A stretch of DNA of 64,000 nucleotides from Camelus dromedarius (Eukaryota). The DNA lies in the NCBI RefSeq assembly GCF_036321535.1, contig NC_087437.1:89716001-89780000 (forward strand). The letters run 5' to 3'. Both the position numbers and the translations under genes were made by a program. Under the pieces are notes generated by a model. That model made no database searches and was not told the origin of the DNA. It saw only the letters and a list, made by a program, of their open reading frames with translations. Positions 1 to 10,755 of the stretch are shown piece after piece (the stretch's first letter is position 1; the number at the start of each line of letters is the position of its first letter).

Positions 1-3000
1 TTGGTACAAAAACTGTAGCCAGTTCCTACATCTATTACTAGACCTGCTAGATCTTATGTTCGTACGTCCACCCCCAAATGTGAGTATCTTAAAGGAATAA
101 TTCTATTGTGTTTATATTTCTAGGACTAATTCAGGGATTGTTACAGATCATCAATCATGCTCAAGATAATAATAATAATGAGAATAACATCTAAATGTAT
201 TCAGTGATTCCTTGTACTATGAAAACACTTTATACATATTGGCTTATATGAAATCCTTGCAACAGCACTTTGAGGCAAGCTTTATAATCCTCATTTAGCA
301 GATGAAAAAACCAATATTCAGAGACAGAGACAAGACTTTTATAGAAGTTGCTGATACTTCCTAACGTTTTATTCTCTTTAGCAATGTGGTCCCCAAACAG
401 AAGCATCATTATTACCCCCACGTTTAACACACTACTAAAAACAGAAGTTCTCAGGTTCCCACTCAGACCTACTCAATCAGAAAACCAGGGCTCAGGGCCC
501 TATAATCTGAGATTTAACAGGCCCTGGAGGTGATGATGATGCTGGCTAAAGTTTGAGAACCACTGCTCTATACTCTAATAAATATCCTGGCCAAGAAACT
601 GTAATCAGCTAGAACTTTGAAACAATGTTCCCCCAGAAACTTGGCAATTCAATTCAAATGTTAGATAGAAATGGACAAAATATTGTACAGAAAAAATAAT
701 TCATCCTGAAATCAGAAGTCACTTTGAAGGCCCATCCCTCCATCCATCCTAGAGTCTGAAACTTAACACAGTGTCAATATGCTGACTGGTCAATACTTAG
801 TTAAAATATATGGAAAATAATCCTTCCCCTTACCATAATAGCTACTTTGGGATTTACATATAGTATACATTCTTCTTTATAGGAAAATATTCCTCATAGC
901 TAGTTCTATTACCCCAAAGTCACCTTAAATATCTCCAAGTCAAGGTTCCTCTTTTTTCATTCGGATATTCACTCATGCCCCATAGAATGCTGTGCACTTG
1001 GAACACATTTTAACAATTTCTTATTGAATTGAATTTAGCTGGATTTGATTAGCCTATGTTTTTCCATTGCTTTATACTAGGGATTGTCTTTTTAAAAAGT
1101 GTCATGATATTATAGCAAAAATTGTTCAATGATAATAGGAAAACAAATTTTGATTTCTGAAAACACAAGAGTGCAAGACAAGGATGGAGCACTGCCTTCA
1201 GGGAGGAGTGTCTGCTGAGGGATTTTGGAGTGAACTTCCACCTGGCGTATCTAGAGGACAGCCATAGTAACGAAGGTGCATTCTGCAGAGAGTACTGCAT
1301 ACATAATAAGTGCATATACACCTATAAAAAACAGTTTAGAGCACTCAGGAATTTAACCAGCTAGTTGTGAAGACAAACTATGTAAACATGTGAAAGAAGA
1401 GCTGCAAATAGATAAAAAGCTATGAATGCAAGTGTAGGAATAATAAATGCTCTATTGATAGCCATGCATTAAAGAGCATAGAAAAAAAAAGCTTCACTAA
1501 TTCTGAAAAGAGTACAGAACCTTATGCTCATTCTGTACATGATTTTGTTTTGATTTTTGGTCTAGTCCTGAATCAGATGATTTTAAAGTATACTGTTTAT
1601 AAGATCCAAAGTATGTATTTTTATATATAAACAAAAGTCCCTCTATTTAGTTTAAGAACAACTCTAGCATTCAGAGCAGAAGCCAAATTTGTCAAAAAGT
1701 AAGATATTTTATAAAACTATTTTTATGAAAACATTATGTGTTTCTCATAAGGCTACCATATAAAAAACAATCAATCAGTATTAATGACTAGTATGTTAGT
1801 CTCTGACCTCTCTGAGGACATATTTACACGAACCACAAATAAAATGGTAAGAAATTAAGAACTAACTATGTCAGAATTCAGAAAGGGTTGCATGTACGTG
1901 CAGTAATAAAACAATTTAACTGAAGGAGAGTATTTAAGAAGGAAGAATATTCTAGTATAAACCAAGCCCTTCAAACAGAAAAACATCTGATACAAGAATT
2001 CACTGCCTGGAGCTTTTTTATAGGCCAAGGAAATCGGATTTTAAACTTATCCTACAGGTTAAGGCTTTCAATCAGAAGTGCTTAAGCAGAAAAAGTGACT
2101 GGCTCAGATCCTTGTCATAGTAAGATAAGTCTGGAAGCGATGTACTGGGTCCATTTAAAAAAGCTCTAACCAAGGCCAGACATTTACTGCACATACCTAA
2201 ACAAACATATCCTAAAGGCAGAATTAGAATGGATGTTCCTGAGCCCTGGCAGAACATAAGAGAAAGTTTAACTTAGCATAGCAATGTGTCTAACTTGTGT
2301 CTTGGGTGCTTTAATTGCTCCAAATTTAGTCCAATAAAGTGAATTTATTACAGGTTCTGAAACAAAGATAGTGATTAGAGATAAATTACAAATAGGTTCC
2401 TGATTTGAGAAGAAATTTACAGAGCGAGAGTAATTAAAACAGAAAAGAGACATAATTATTATATGGATTATTAACCCATGATTTCTTAGTAATATAGGCA
2501 ACTCTATCTGTTAGGTCTACATGCCCACTAGTACAACACTTGAATTATAAGTTAAAATAATCAGAATGGTTTGCATAAACCCATCTCCTAGAAGATTACC
2601 TTGAGATTGATACATATTACTATATATATATAGGAAACATTTTTAACAATCACAATAAATTATTCTTATACTTGGATTTTAATGTACCCGTGATATCAGC
2701 TCCAAGATATTTGCATGTGTAATATAAAAAAAATTATTAACCTCATTAGCCATCTCCCCTATAAACTTAATCCTCCTAAAAATGCATATTTGTGTGTGTG
2801 TATGTAAGTTTAGGTGCATGAAGAGCAGGATTATGCTTAATATTTAAACTTCTGTGCATTTTTACTGAGACAAGTACTTTTTTTGTCCTCTGTGAGAACC
2901 ACTAAAAATCAGGTTTATTGATGTTTAGCTATTTTATTCTCAGAACTTTGTATTTCCAGAAACCAACAAATTGAAGAAATATTCATGGAGTTTCTCTGTC

Positions 3001-3374
3001 TATAATCCATATACTGTAGAATATGAGTGTGGAAATTAATCATATCTAACATGTACTTAGTGCTTGTTATTGTCAAGCACAAATCTATGTATTTTAATAT
3101 ATTTTTAATATATTAACACATTTATTCCTCCAACTATCTAATTGGATATATATTATTGTAAAATCTGCTTTACATAAGAGAAAAATGGGGCACACACAGA
3201 TTATATTAATATACCTTATAAAATTACCTAATTTAAGATAAATCTGGTTCAAATTACACTTAATCAGAAAGTGACTGTGGTATGAAAAAGAAAATACAAG
3301 ATGCCCTGGATCTAACACTTCACATTAGTTTCAGCACATTAATTTTGATTTGGAGATCTTTTCCCATTCCTTAC
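1..3374 (-). other. CADM2: Downstream CADM2 intron (continues beyond the window start)
   Basis: Donor at 3374; no further Ig-like exon recognised in 1-3374. Confidence 0.85.
384..565. mobile_element. MER5A-like hAT-Charlie non-autonomous DNA transposon
   Basis: Ends in aaagtttgagaaccactg and contains agacctactcaatcagaa, both typical of MER5A as recalled. Confidence 0.8.
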
Positions 3375-3512
3375 CTTTAATCTCTTTGTCATTTTTGAAC
3401 CATCTTATATCAGCTGCAGGTTTACTACCAGATGTTTTACAAGTCAGCTGCATCAAGTCTCCCTCCATAACTGGTGATGAAAATCCACTAATTTGAGGCT
3501 TCTCAGGAACAC
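3375..3512 (-). CDS. CADM2: CADM2 internal coding exon (138 nt, phase 1-1), start of the second Ig domain: (G)VPEKPQISGFSSPVMEGDLMQLTCKTSGSKPAADIRWFKNDKEIK
   Basis: Minus-strand acceptor aatttcag|GT at 3513/3512 and donor AAAG|gtaagg at 3375/3374. Splices in frame to the 5664-5816 exon (G+GT = Gly). Has the Ig B-strand Cys (LTC) and C-strand Trp (IRWF). Not in the ORF track; translated by hand. Confidence 0.97.
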
Positions 3513-5663
3513 CTGAAATTTAAGCAAATAAATGAAATAAACATCAATTACCAGGGTTGATTTGTTCTTATGACTATTATTTTCACAAACTAAACTGGGT
3601 GTTTAATGGACAATAACTTCAATCAAGAATAATACACTTCTATATAATAAAATATTTAAAATATATAAAAATATGTGTGTGTGTATATATATACACACAT
3701 GTAGACACACACATACTTATATGTGTCTGTATATATGCATATTTGTATTTATTATCCTGAAAACATAAAGTGCATTTAGTTCAAAGTCTTTTTTTTTTAA
3801 TTGAATTTTACCTGTAAAAATACTCTTTGTAAATCTTAAAAGCAACCATTCAATATATCTTAAGATTTACCAGTATGGGGATTTAAGAAGGTAGATTGCT
3901 TGCATTGGGAAGTAAACTCTGCAAAGGACATTTCTTTATTATTTAGTAAATTGTGGTTTATCTAAAATAGCATCTTTCATTCCTGATTTCATAATTCTTA
4001 AAGCTGAAAAACATATTATCTTCTGTGTACTTTGTTCTAGAAAATGCATTTTGGAATAAGGGATTCATCAATAATTGCAACTATACTCCTGATTTCCTGA
4101 TTCTTCTAAAGTAGAGAATGTCTCTTGATATCATTTGTATTAGAAATGCAATTGTAGTTTTGTGGAGCACAATATGTATTATTTTTAATGCTAGCCACTT
4201 AGTACCTTCTCGAGTCCAAATCATCCAATGAATAAGCAGATAACTAATATGCAGATCCCGTATATGAGTGATTGAAATAAAGAAAACTACACATTTTGGG
4301 AGTGCAACCATATTCTGTTGCCATGACAGAGGTTTATTAAAATTTCTTCTAAAAGTATTCAGTCATAAAGGCAGGCTGAAAGCTTATTGTACTATTTAAT
4401 TCAGTTTGAAAAGCATCAAATGTAAGAATACTGGACAGCAGCAATATAAGAAATACAAACTAAAACAACAAGAACAAAGATAAATGACAGATCAACATTT
4501 TCCGATTAGCTGACTAGTTGTTTTTTTTTTTCTGGTTACCTTCATATTGCCTTTAAAAAAATTATGTCACACCACTATTTAATAAACTGAAATTAGCCAT
4601 TTGTCTATCCTTGGGGTCTCGAGGTAGCTCCTCTACAGAGCAATACATTAACCTTAGGCAATTGTTATCCTGAAATACTCCCTTTAGTGGGTATATACTG
4701 TCCTTAATGGCAGACTTGAGAAGATTTTTATAAAAATAGTCCCAGTGGGACTTGCAAAGAAACATATTTCAAATCCTATGCACAAAACCAATTCACTAGC
4801 AGGATTAAGTTTAATATTCTCACCCAAAAGAATAGCATGCACTAGTTCATTTAAATGCAGTGTTCTGCCTTTATCTATCAAAAAAGGAAGGAGAGCTAGG
4901 GGAAAAAAAATCAATCTTTAAATTCCTCTAACTTGTTCAGTACACAGGTGTGTTTCAATGAACTACGGCAATTTCAGCTGATTGGGCCACTGACGTCTGT
5001 GGAATCACAGAGAGCTCTGTCTGAGCTGCAGCTTGATTGCCTTGGAATCTCTATGAATGTATTGCTTTTTGGTGTCACTATAACCTTTAGAAAAATCGTC
5101 CAATATTTAGAGAATAAAAACAAAAAGAAGCTACAAGATGCATGCACAAGTGACATTATGCACTTCATTTAGAAATCTAGAAAACTACAAAGTCAAAAGG
5201 CAAGAAGGTATGTAGAAATGTCAGGGTCCTTTAAAGACACTGAAATACACAAAGGGGTCATATCCAGCAGCCAAAAGATATTAGGGAAGACCCTCATTGG
5301 TAACTGATGAGAAAATGGAGGCATATCCTATAGACACGTTGAACTCAGTATGCTCACTATTCTATCACTTTACACAAGGATCACCATATATACATTATAT
5401 AGATGAGCTGACACAAAGGAATTTAGTTGAAAATCAAGAAACGTGGTGTCTGTTGCTGGCCAGGAAACAAAATGGCTGTGTTCTCCAGAAGTCATATAAA
5501 TCTTTACATCTCTCTTTGTTTATAAAATGGAAAAGTGACTAAGTGGCTTTTTAAAATGCCCTCGGATGATCCTCAAAGTGTATATTTGTTATTGATTCAT
5601 GTTGTTGTTGCTGTACACACCTCTCTGGCTTGTGATTACATAGTGTTAGTCCCTTGCACTTAC
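3513..5663 (-). other. CADM2: CADM2 GT-AG intron, 2151 nt, between the two exons
   Basis: GTAAGT at 5663-5658 and CAG at 3515-3513 on the minus strand; in-frame joining of the flanking exons. Confidence 0.95.
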
Positions 5664-5816
5664 CCAGAACAGTGAGATAGGCCTTGGAAGTTTTGACAGG
5701 CATTGTAAATAAAGAACAGGTGTATTGTCCTTCATCAGAGAGAGAAACATCACTGACGCTGATACTCAATTCATGCCAGGAAGCCCGAACCAGCTCGATC
5801 CTATTGTCCCTTAAAG
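5664..5816 (-). CDS. CADM2: CADM2 internal coding exon (153 nt, phase 1-1), C-terminal half of the Ig V-set domain: (A)LRDNRIELVRASWHELSISVSDVSLSDEGQYTCSLFTMPVKTSKAYLTVL(G)
   Basis: Minus-strand acceptor ttttatttttctag|CT at 5817/5816 and donor CTGG|gtaagt at 5664/5663. The translation has the Ig DEGxYxC motif and matches the CADM2 sequence as I recall it. Overlaps ORF-track entry 5551..5769. Confidence 0.97.
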
Positions 5817-7344
5817 CTAGAAAAATAAAATATTGGAAATATGAACAACATCAGGAAAAGTCAGTACTGTTAGGTTACATATTTTTAGCACATCACAATA
5901 AATATTTTCTTTGGCTATATGTCTAAATCTAATTTCCTGAAATGTTTTAAAGGAAGGTTTAAATATATTGAAATACTTTATCAGATTTGTGTAACCAAAG
6001 TAGAATTAAATGTTCCTTAATGTTCTCAGAAATAACTTTTTAATTAAATGATTCCATCTAGTAAGTAAAACACTTTGGATGAGGTAGATGTTGATAGTGA
6101 TAAAAATGGCTTTCCTCCACAGTCTTTCACTGGTTACCAGTGCCAAGAAAACTGTAAACAAAAGGGTTCACTTTTATGCACAAATAGATTTGGAAAACTA
6201 TGACTGCTGCATGACCTCTAAAAGACCAACAATGAACCTTAGGATTTTGAAAGTTCTCTGCAGTAGAGATACCTGTTAAACTTTTTTTTTTTCTTTTTAT
6301 TAAGAGCTGACTTTCAGCTGAAAAACACAAGTCAGGTACCTGATGTTTAAATTTGCTCTGATTGGTTGTTTCCTCTGCTGTACCTGTCTGTTAAATACTT
6401 TTATATGCTTTGGTTCAAACCACCTTTTCTATCACAGAAGACTTTTTTCACTGAAGATCTCTTAGCTTCTTGCTGATTTATGCTCCTTTTGACTCATTTG
6501 GGGAAAATATTAAAAAGTTTAAATATCATTTTACACCTTACTAAGTGTAGTTATAAAACCTGGAATTAAGCAAGAAGTGACCAAAGGAGTACTCTGAAAG
6601 GTAGAAAGAGGAAAGAGGACCAGTTAGGGATACCAGGACCTGAGGAACAACACAGTGGCTCCCCAGCCAACTGTAGAAGGCAACTGAGGCATGGCTTCTC
6701 CTAAACAGAACCCAGCAACAGAAAGTGGCCTAGGTAGACCCATTTTTATTGCAGATCAAATGGGATTCCTACCAGGAACTTCAGGAGACACTGGGCTACC
6801 CAAAAGGGTAATCAAGTGAGCACAACACTGCCAAGTGCCATGTAAAGCAATCTCCTTCCCCACTGGGCTGGAGACTCCCCTGCCCTCCTGAGAGGCAATG
6901 GTCAATTGGGCAGCATGGACGGTGGGTCAGTCCTGCTATAATAATTACTCAGCCTTTGAAATGATCTTCAATGAGCCAAAGAACCACTTACCCCAACTAG
7001 AACACTAGAAATATGGCCTGAGGAAGTTCCTCTGCCTTCTTAGGTGGCACCAGTAGAGATGAATGCAACTCCCCATGGAACCAGACAACTCAAAGTGTCT
7101 GATTAGCACCACAAAGGCTCTGAAGATTAAGTTGTTGGTATAGTCATGGTGTACAAATGTAAGCCAAGATCTGTGTGCTAAACCTAAACAAAATGATTGC
7201 CTTCTAGAACAGAAGATGTAAATAGGACGGAGTCTCCTAACATAATAGCCAAATGCCCAGGATGTGATAAAAAAAAAAAAATCACTGGTCACACCAAATA
7301 CCAGGAAAAACATAACTTGAATGAGAAAAAATAATCAACAGATA

Positions 7345-7670
7345 ACATACTCATGGACATAGAAAACAAACTGGTTACCAGGGGGAAAATCTAATTGGGG
7401 GGGATAGACTAGGAGTTTGGGATTAACAGATATACATTACTATATATAAAATAGATAAACAATAAGGATCTACTGCATAGCACAGGGAACTATATTCAAT
7501 TTCTTGTAATGAGCTGTAATGGAAAAGAAACAGAAAAAATATATATGTATGTATGTATTTGTATAACTGATTCGCTTTGCTATACATCTGAAACTAACAC
7601 TGCAAACTGATTACACTTCAATAAAAAATAACAATAAAAAATGTTGAGAAGGAATGAAAGGCAAAAAAAA
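7345..7670 (+). mobile_element. 5'-truncated cetartiodactyl-type L1 3' UTR nested in the older L1
   Basis: Motifs ggagtttgggattaacagatatac and tagcacagggaactatattcaat, then AATAAA and an A-rich tail. Flanked by near-identical aatcaacagat (7333-7343) and aatcaatagat (7671-7681), a probable TSD. Confidence 0.85.
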
Positions 7671-9020
7671 AATCAATAGATGCTAACACTGAGTTAAAAC
7701 AGACGTTGGAATTATCTGACAAAGAATTTAAAGAAGCCATGCCCATGTTAAAAATGCTTTAACAAATAATTAACTAATTATCCTAAAACAAATAATAAAT
7801 AAAGAATTCAAAATAATATAAAAACTATTTTAAAAGAATCAAAAGGAAATTATAGAAGTCAAAATGCAATAACCATAACAACTCATGAGATTGGCTTAAT
7901 AGTACAATGTAGATGTCAGTGGATATAATCAGTGAACTTAAGGATAAAACAATAAAATTCACCCTTTCTGAACAAGAGAGAGAAAATAGATTGGAAAATA
8001 ACAAACAAACAAAAATAAACAAACAAAAAACAGAGCCTCAAGGACTTGTAGGAGAATAACAAAATATCCAACACTGGTACCATATGAGTCCCAAAAGAAG
8101 AGAAAGAGAGTGGAGCTGAAAGAATTTAAGAAATAGTGATCAAAATCTTCACAAGTTTGGTATAAGAAATACATTTACAAAAACAAGAAGAGGAGCAAAC
8201 TGAAATAAGTTAAACCCAAAGAAGTCCTTACCAAATACATTAAAATTAAACTCCTGAAATCCAAACAGAAAAAAAAAAAAAACAAAAAAAAAAACCTTGA
8301 AAGCAGCCAGAGAGAAACATATATTACCTGTAAGAGGACACTAGCTCATATGATAAAAGATTTCTCATTGGAAATCATGGAGGTCAAAGGGAGTGGCATA
8401 TTTTTCAAAGTGTGGAAACGAAAGAACTGTCGATAGTGGATTCTTATCCAGCGAAACTGACTTCCAGGTATCAAGGGGAAAGAAATATATTCTTAGAAAA
8501 AGGAAAACTAAGAATATGTTTCCCTTGCAGATCTGTCTTAAAGAAAAGTTCAAGTTCTTCAAACAGAATAGAAGAAATTTTGGAGCATCAAGAAGGAAAA
8601 AAGAACAATTGAAAGAACAAAAAATTGGGATAGATACAATATAGACTATCCTTCTTCTCCTGAGTTTTCTCCATTACATGATGTTAGAAACAAAAATTGT
8701 AACATTGACTGATGCAGTGTGCAACACATATGGAAGGAATGCTCAAGACAAGTAAAAACTGGACAGGGCAAAGGAACCTAATGGTTTCCATACCTGACTA
8801 GAAGTGGTAAAACTGGTAGACTGTGGTTAAGTCCTAAATGTATAGTATTTCAATACCTGGATCAACTACTAAGAAAACATACAAGTGAAAGTGATACAAT
8901 CAAAAACTCTATAAATAAAGTTGAAAGAGATAGAGAAAAGATTAGTGGCTACCAAAGGTTAAGGATAGTTAAGAGTTGGTGGGGATGGGGAGGGATATGA
9001 GTGTGGTTATAACACCACAG

Positions 9021-9143
9021 CTATATTCAACTTCTTGTAACAAGCTGCAATGGAAAATAATCTGAAAAAATATACATATGTATGTATATGTATAACTAAA
9101 TTGCTTCGACTATACGTCAATAAAAAATAAGAATTAAAAAAAA
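9021..9143 (+). mobile_element. Very short L1 3' tail, same family as 7345-7670, inserted in the L1MD 3' UTR
   Basis: ctatattcaacttcttgtaacaagctgcaatggaaaa aligns by eye to 7491-7530 (ctatattcaatttcttgtaatgagctgtaatggaaaa). Ends in caataaaaaataagaattaaaaaaa. Confidence 0.8.
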
Positions 9144-10624
9144 CACAGCACAAGGGATCTTTGTGGTGATAGAACTGTTTTGTATGTTGACTGTGGTGAT
9201 GGATATATTAACCTACAAATGTAATAAAATTGAATCAAACTAAATACAGACACACACACACACACACAAATGCATGCATGTAAAATTGGTGAAACCCAAA
9301 TAACATTGGTGGACTATATCAATGTCAATTTTCTAGTTGTAACATCTTTGCAAGATGTTATTTGGGTGAAGGGTACATGGACTTCTCCATATTATTTCTC
9401 ACAATTAGGCATGAATGTACACTAAAAACACAGTTTAAAAAATTTATGCACAGTTGATGGAATAGGGGAAATGGTTAGGTTCTCAAAGCTTAAAATTCAT
9501 TATATACCTTGGCCATAGAATAAGATAGGGATTCCAAGTATCATATATTCTTAAATTGCCTGTACCTTTCCTTCGTGCTTTGTGAGAGAAGCAGGCAATT
9601 AGAAAATATAAAATATTCTGGAAAATTCTAAATCTTCATGATTTTAAGTGTATTTAAAAAAATCATCCTCCCATTTACTCAAAAAACACACACCTTAATG
9701 ATTACAGTCCCTCTGAGACCATTCTTTGTTAACTCTAATTTCATAAGGAGACACATATTTGCAAAGATTTTAAAAACTGCTTTTTAATGAATATAAAAAA
9801 TAAGGAAGTTAGACTATGATTGTGTTTACAACTCCATTAGAGTACAGCAGACATTTTATAAAAATATCTATTTCATACTCTATCTCTTACACTACCTAAT
9901 ATATATATATGCCTTGTTCAGTTGCAAGAGGAAAACAGTGGGACACAGATTTGTCATTTCCTCAATAGGACCTCATGCTATATCAACCATTTTTCAAAGC
10001 TATGATTGATTTAGAAAAAAAATTTATCACTTATTTCTTGGCTTTTTAAAAAAGAAGTCACCAAAAGGGAAAACCTCAGGTTCCTGCCATGATACTGTAT
10101 GGGTAAAACATGCTACTCACTCCCTGTGTTCAATTCCATTTCCCCTAACACAGGTCCCACTGACAGAGGGAGAGCGAGCTTACAATTTTCAGTGAATCTT
10201 GGCAAAAGGAATTTAACTCTCTTTTTGTCAGACTATCATATGGTAACTATATAACATTACCAAATTCAAATTAAATTACTCAATACATACAAATATAAAA
10301 ATTCATATTTAAACCACTTGTGTGCAGTAAAGCTAAAAAGCACTAACTTTGGAATCAAAAGATCTACTTTAAGTACTTATACGAGGTCAGGTTTTCTGTG
10401 GGTAATAATGTATCTCCATCTTCGGATTATGATGGGAACTTAATGATATTATGTAATGTGTCAAGTGCTTTAAAACAAATCTGCAATGATATATTAAAAC
10501 ATTTGGGGTTTGGAATCTTGATGAGAATTGAAATTTTTAGAGTCTGAAATGTCTCAATTGACTCAGATTACCAAATCATATAATTTTTTTTTTGTTGTTT
10601 CATGATCCCTACTAACTTTGACTA

Positions 10625-10755
10625 AAAATTAGGCTCTGAAAGTAGAATACCTGCATTTTAATGTAAGCTTTGTTATTGGTTAACCATATGAACCCAGGTA
10701 AGTCACTTAAATATTGTGTACCTCAGTCTGCTAAGTGTTAGGTAGAGATTACACA
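10625..10755 (+). mobile_element. MIR SINE fragment
   Basis: Core-like segment ccaggtaagtcacttaaatattgtgtacctcagtctgc. Confidence 0.6.

Larger units (their letters stand above)
6575..9442 (+). mobile_element. Old L1 (L1MD-like): 5' region and ORF1 relics joined to the 3' UTR, ORF2 largely absent; contains two nested younger L1 tails
   Basis: A-rich ORF1-like relics (ttgaaagcagccagagagaaa near 8298; ggaaatcatggaggtcaaagg near 8370). The 3' UTR has L1MD-type motifs (gggatctttgtggtgatagaactgttttgtatgttgactgt; tatcaatgtcaattttctagttgt; gggtgaagggtacatgg). Confidence 0.75.

Noticed and set aside
5551..5663. ORF-track extension of the CADM2 exon past the splice donor
   Set aside because: Similarity to CADM2 ends at a consensus G|GTAAGT donor; the rest is intronic read-through.
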